From the NCBI RefSeq assembly GCF_900289195.1, contig NZ_OMOH01000016.1, positions 1-16,527 of the forward strand: 16,527 nt of DNA. The letters are read 5' to 3'. A program made the translations under genes and the position numbers. The DNA comes from Propionibacterium ruminifibrarum. GTDB lineage: Bacteria > Actinomycetota > Actinomycetes > Propionibacteriales > Propionibacteriaceae. Below the pieces are notes generated by a model, which saw only the letters and a program-made list of their open reading frames with translations, did no database searches and was not told the DNA's origin. This document shows positions 13,750 to 16,527 of this stretch, piece after piece. Each line of letters opens with the position of its first letter. The stretch's first letter is position 1.

Positions 13750-15132
13750 TCAGCGCCCTGCGGAAAGCGTGGCGAGCACCTCGTTGAGCGCCTCGGTGCT
13801 GGACGGGTGGGTCCAGATGCCGTCGCGCAGCTGGGTGGCGGTGGCGCCGGCGCGCATGGCGAGGGCCACGAGGTTGATGACCTCCTGGGCGTCCGTGCTG
13901 AACACGGTGGCGCCGAGCACCTTGTCGGTGGCCGGATCGATGAGCACCTTGATGAGGCCGTGGGTCTCGCCGAGGATCTTCGGCCGGGGCATGGCGGCGA
14001 TGTCGGCGACCTTCTTGGCGGCGACCACGTGGTCGATGCCCTGCCGGCGCGCCTCGCGTTCGGTCAGACCGACCTGGGCCAGCGGCGGGGTGATGAAAGT
14101 GGTGGTCGGCACCGCCGACCGGTCAGCGGTGGAGCGGGATCCGTCGCCTGCGAGCTGACTTGCGAGAATGCGGTAGTCGTCGAGCGAGATGTAGGTGAAC
14201 TGCGGTCCCCCGTTGACGTCGCCGGCCGCCCAGATGCCGGGCACGGAGGTGGCCAGGTGCTCGTCGACGATGATGAAGCCGCGCTCGTCGGTGGCGACAC
14301 CTGCGGCGCCCAGGTTCAGGGCCGCTGTCTCGGGTCTGCGGCCGGTGGCGACCAGCACGGCCTCCGCGTCGATGCGTCCGGCGGACGTGTTCACGCCGGT
14401 CGCGTCGATGGCCTCGACCACTGCGCCGGTGAGGATCCGTACGCCGCGGTCGGTGAGGGCGGTGACGACGGCCTCGCGCACGTCGTCGTCCAGGCCGTCC
14501 AGGCCGGAGCCGAACCGGGCCGAGCGTTCGAGGACGGTGACCTGTGAACCGAATGCGGCGAACATCGAGGCGAACTCCATGGCGATGAAGCCGCCGCCGA
14601 TGATGGCGAGCCGTTCCGGGAGGTCGGTGATGTGCTGGATCGACTGCGAGGTGTGCACGTTCGGCCCGTCGATGCCCGGCAGGTCGGGCAGCAGCGGGCT
14701 GCTGCCGGTGTTGATGACGATCTGGTCCGCCGTGATCTCGAGGGTCTCGTCACCGCCGCGCACCCGGACCCGATGGGGCCCGGTGAACCGGGCCTCACCG
14801 CCGATGAGTGTGACGGCCTCGACCGTCTCGAGCATGGCCCGGTTGGCGGCACGCAGCCTGGTGACGAGGGAGTCGCGCGAGGCGATGGCCTGGCGCAGGT
14901 ACGCGGCCGGCTCGGCGCCGGCACGGTGCTCGGCGGAGTCGATGAGGTCCTTGGTGGGCACGCAGGCCACATTGATGCAGGAACCGCCGATGAGGGAGTC
15001 ATCGCGTTCGACGAGCACGACGCGTCGGCCCCGCCCGCCGAGGTCCTTGGCCAAGGTCTTGCCGGCCTTGCCCCAGCCGATGATGAGCAGATCGGCGGCC
15101 AGGGTCTGAGTCGTGGCGCTGGGTCCTGTCAT
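13750..15132 (-). CDS. rclA: Class I pyridine nucleotide-disulfide oxidoreductase, RclA-like (reactive chlorine/HOSCN/Cu(II) reductase type; often annotated as mercuric reductase homolog)
   Basis: IIGWGKAGKTLA dinucleotide motif, redox-active CINVAC in GGSCINVACVPTK, FTYISLDDYRI, and the C-terminal THPSSTEALN dimerisation motif. These align along the whole length with my recollection of E. coli RclA. The preferred start is ATG 15132. The symbol is tentative. Confidence 0.8.
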   Translation of the reverse strand: MTGPSATTQTLAADLLIIGWGKAGKTLAKDLGGRGRRVVLVERDDSLIGGSCINVACVPTKDLIDSAEHRAGAEPAAYLRQAIASRDSLVTRLRAANRAMLETVEAVTLIGGEARFTGPHRVRVRGGDETLEITADQIVINTGSSPLLPDLPGIDGPNVHTSQSIQHITDLPERLAIIGGGFIAMEFASMFAAFGSQVTVLERSARFGSGLDGLDDDVREAVVTALTDRGVRILTGAVVEAIDATGVNTSAGRIDAEAVLVATGRRPETAALNLGAAGVATDERGFIIVDEHLATSVPGIWAAGDVNGGPQFTYISLDDYRILASQLAGDGSRSTADRSAVPTTTFITPPLAQVGLTEREARRQGIDHVVAAKKVADIAAMPRPKILGETHGLIKVLIDPATDKVLGATVFSTDAQEVINLVALAMRAGATATQLRDGIWTHPSSTEALNEVLATLSAGR

Positions 15133-15139
15133 GGCGACA

Positions 15140-15169
15140 AGAATATTGGCCGCCGGCCGCTGCACCAGC
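15140..15169 (-). promoter_or_regulatory. Putative leaderless promoter of the rclA-like gene (-10 TATTCT 15145-15140, 7 nt to ATG 15132)
   Basis: On the minus strand the sequence reads CTGGTG-(17 nt)-TATTCT-tgtcgcc-ATG. There is no SD sequence. The TANNNT+7 geometry matches the paralog promoters. Confidence 0.35.
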
Positions 15170-15327
15170 AGCCCGGCTACGCGATGAGCGGACAGGCGAG
15201 CCAGCCCCGGTGCGGCGCGGGCCGAGCGTGGCCGATGGGCGTGGCAGGCCGGGCCCCTGCCGTGGGCGGCGGCGCCGTGCGGGGACCGGGCTGCTGGGGC
15301 CCGCAGGGCCCGCGGGCAGGTGCCCGG

Positions 15328-16527
15328 CTACAGCCCGAGCAGTGGTTCGACGCGGTCGGCCAGGATCGGAGCCATTGTGAGGGCGTACGGGCCGCTGATG
15401 TGGTTGTCGTCGAGGTAGACGAAGATGTTGCCGATGATCGTGTAGCACTCGCCGTCGACGCAGTACAGATCGGTCGGGTCGATCTGATGGAATTGCGGGA
15501 TCATCAGCAGCTCGACGGCGGGATCGATCCGCGCCAAGTGGGTGTCCTGCGGGAAGGAGCATCCGCCGAATGGCGTGCCGCTGGGGCGTTCGCTGGAGCA
15601 CTCGTAGAGGTCCTTGGTCGACCGCGGGTTGTCGCGGAAACCGATGACGATGATCCCCAGCGAGGAGAGCTGTTCGGCCAGTTCCCTCACGCCGGGCCTC
15701 AGCGCCTCGTCCGGGGAGCCGGGAACGGCCGCGGTCGTGCTGAGCATGACGACATCGGGCGGGTCCTCGGCGAGGAGGTCGAGGACGACCTCGTTCCTGA
15801 TCCGGCACTCGCCGTCGTAGTACTCGGGCTGCCCGAAGGAGCAGCCGCCCATCAGGTACTGGCTCAGGTCCAGGTCGTGACGGCTGGCCAGTGTCAGGGC
15901 GACCGGGGTGATCATCTGCTCGATGTGGGAGTCCCCCACGATGACGATCCGGGGCCGGCCCGCGTTACTGGCCGGCATCGAGCTGCACAGCGTCTCCGTC
16001 TCGCCGAAGAGTTCCTGCTGGCCGGGCGGGCAGGGCGCGGGCAGGTCGGGGATCCAGCTCTCACCGACGGCGAGCGGCCCGGGGATCGGCTCGGCCGAGA
16101 AGTCCTGCGGCCCCTGCGAGAGGATGGCTGCCGCCCCGGGATGATCCGGGTCCCCGGTGCCGCCCAGGGCCGCTGACAGCTGGGCGGCACGACGGCGGTC
16201 GAGGACGATGTCGGTGCTGACGAGTGGGACGAGGCCGACGGCGAGCGAGACGAGCACGACCATGGTCTTCTTGAGTACGATGCGCCCCGTACGCGGGTAG
16301 CGCTGCGCCGGCTGGTCGACGAAACGGGTCATGAACCATGCGAACGCCAGCGAGGCCGCGATCAGGATCGTGCCGCCGCGCAGACCGAGCCTCGCGCGGT
16401 CGAACTGCGCCATGAAGAGCACGAAGACGGGCCAGTGGATCAAGTACACGCTGTACGACATGTCACCCAACGCCACCAACGGACGCCACGACAACAACCG
16501 CTGAACCGAACCCCCCACCGGAGCCGC
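15328..16527 (-). CDS. Acyltransferase family 3 protein with C-terminal SGNH/GDSL-like domain (OafA/YrhL-like), 5'-truncated by the window end
   Basis: LSWRPLVALGDMSYSVYLIHWPVFVLF is the distal part of an acyltransferase-3 membrane domain. It is followed by TM helices and a soluble domain containing IVIVGDSHIEQ (the SGNH block I position). The reading frame stays open to position 16527. Confidence 0.8.
   Translation of the reverse strand, partial: AAPVGGSVQRLLSWRPLVALGDMSYSVYLIHWPVFVLFMAQFDRARLGLRGGTILIAASLAFAWFMTRFVDQPAQRYPRTGRIVLKKTMVVLVSLAVGLVPLVSTDIVLDRRRAAQLSAALGGTGDPDHPGAAAILSQGPQDFSAEPIPGPLAVGESWIPDLPAPCPPGQQELFGETETLCSSMPASNAGRPRIVIVGDSHIEQMITPVALTLASRHDLDLSQYLMGGCSFGQPEYYDGECRIRNEVVLDLLAEDPPDVVMLSTTAAVPGSPDEALRPGVRELAEQLSSLGIIVIGFRDNPRSTKDLYECSSERPSGTPFGGCSFPQDTHLARIDPAVELLMIPQFHQIDPTDLYCVDGECYTIIGNIFVYLDDNHISGPYALTMAPILADRVEPLLGL

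Noticed and set aside
2018-16176. Long ORFs opposite or overlapping the called genes (e.g. 2018-3124 +, 3717-4712 +, 5570-6670 +, 11283-12332 -, 12242-14158 +, 13531-14547 +, 14632-16176 +, 14999-15808 -)
   Set aside because: All are Arg/Pro/Gly/Ala-rich with no recognisable motifs. Each overlaps a gene with clear family signatures on the other strand or frame. This is the expected stop-codon paucity of GC-rich DNA.
1-16527. CRISPR arrays, tRNA, rRNA or riboswitch-like elements
   Set aside because: I saw no short regularly spaced direct repeats, no cloverleaf-compatible segments and no rRNA-like conserved stretches in the intergenic regions. The only repeats present are the paralogous genes and the motifs reported above.

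Overview
High-GC (roughly two-thirds G+C by eye) chromosomal segment that looks actinobacterial. This rests on leaderless TANNNT promoters, Pro-rich membrane-protein tails and long spurious ORFs in every frame. Three blocks are visible.

(1) A paralogous family of five ~210-aa four-TM membrane proteins with Pro/Gln/Tyr-rich tails carrying an SPW motif near the end. One copy lies at 329-961 and four lie in tandem at 8013-11066. I do not recognise the family. Each copy has a TANNNT hexamer exactly 7 nt upstream of its ATG, which suggests each is transcribed separately as a leaderless mRNA.

(2) A ~6.2-kb minus-strand island lies between copy 1 and the tandem array. It follows an IS256-family transposase remnant that clips the 3' end of copy 1. 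The island encodes a DeoR regulator, a Hyi/OtnI-like isomerase, an ACS-type MFS transporter, a class II aldolase/adducin-fold enzyme, a UPF0261 (Tm-1-like ATP-binding) protein and an MBL-fold hydrolase. This resembles an uncharacterised acid-sugar or lactone catabolic operon, with an AT-rich palindromic candidate operator.

(3) Housekeeping or stress genes on the minus strand: brnQ, an SDR oxidoreductase, an RclA-like flavoprotein disulfide reductase, and the 3' part of an acyltransferase-3/SGNH protein that runs off the window.

I found no rRNA, tRNA or CRISPR array. All functional calls come from reading motifs in the translations. No database search was possible.
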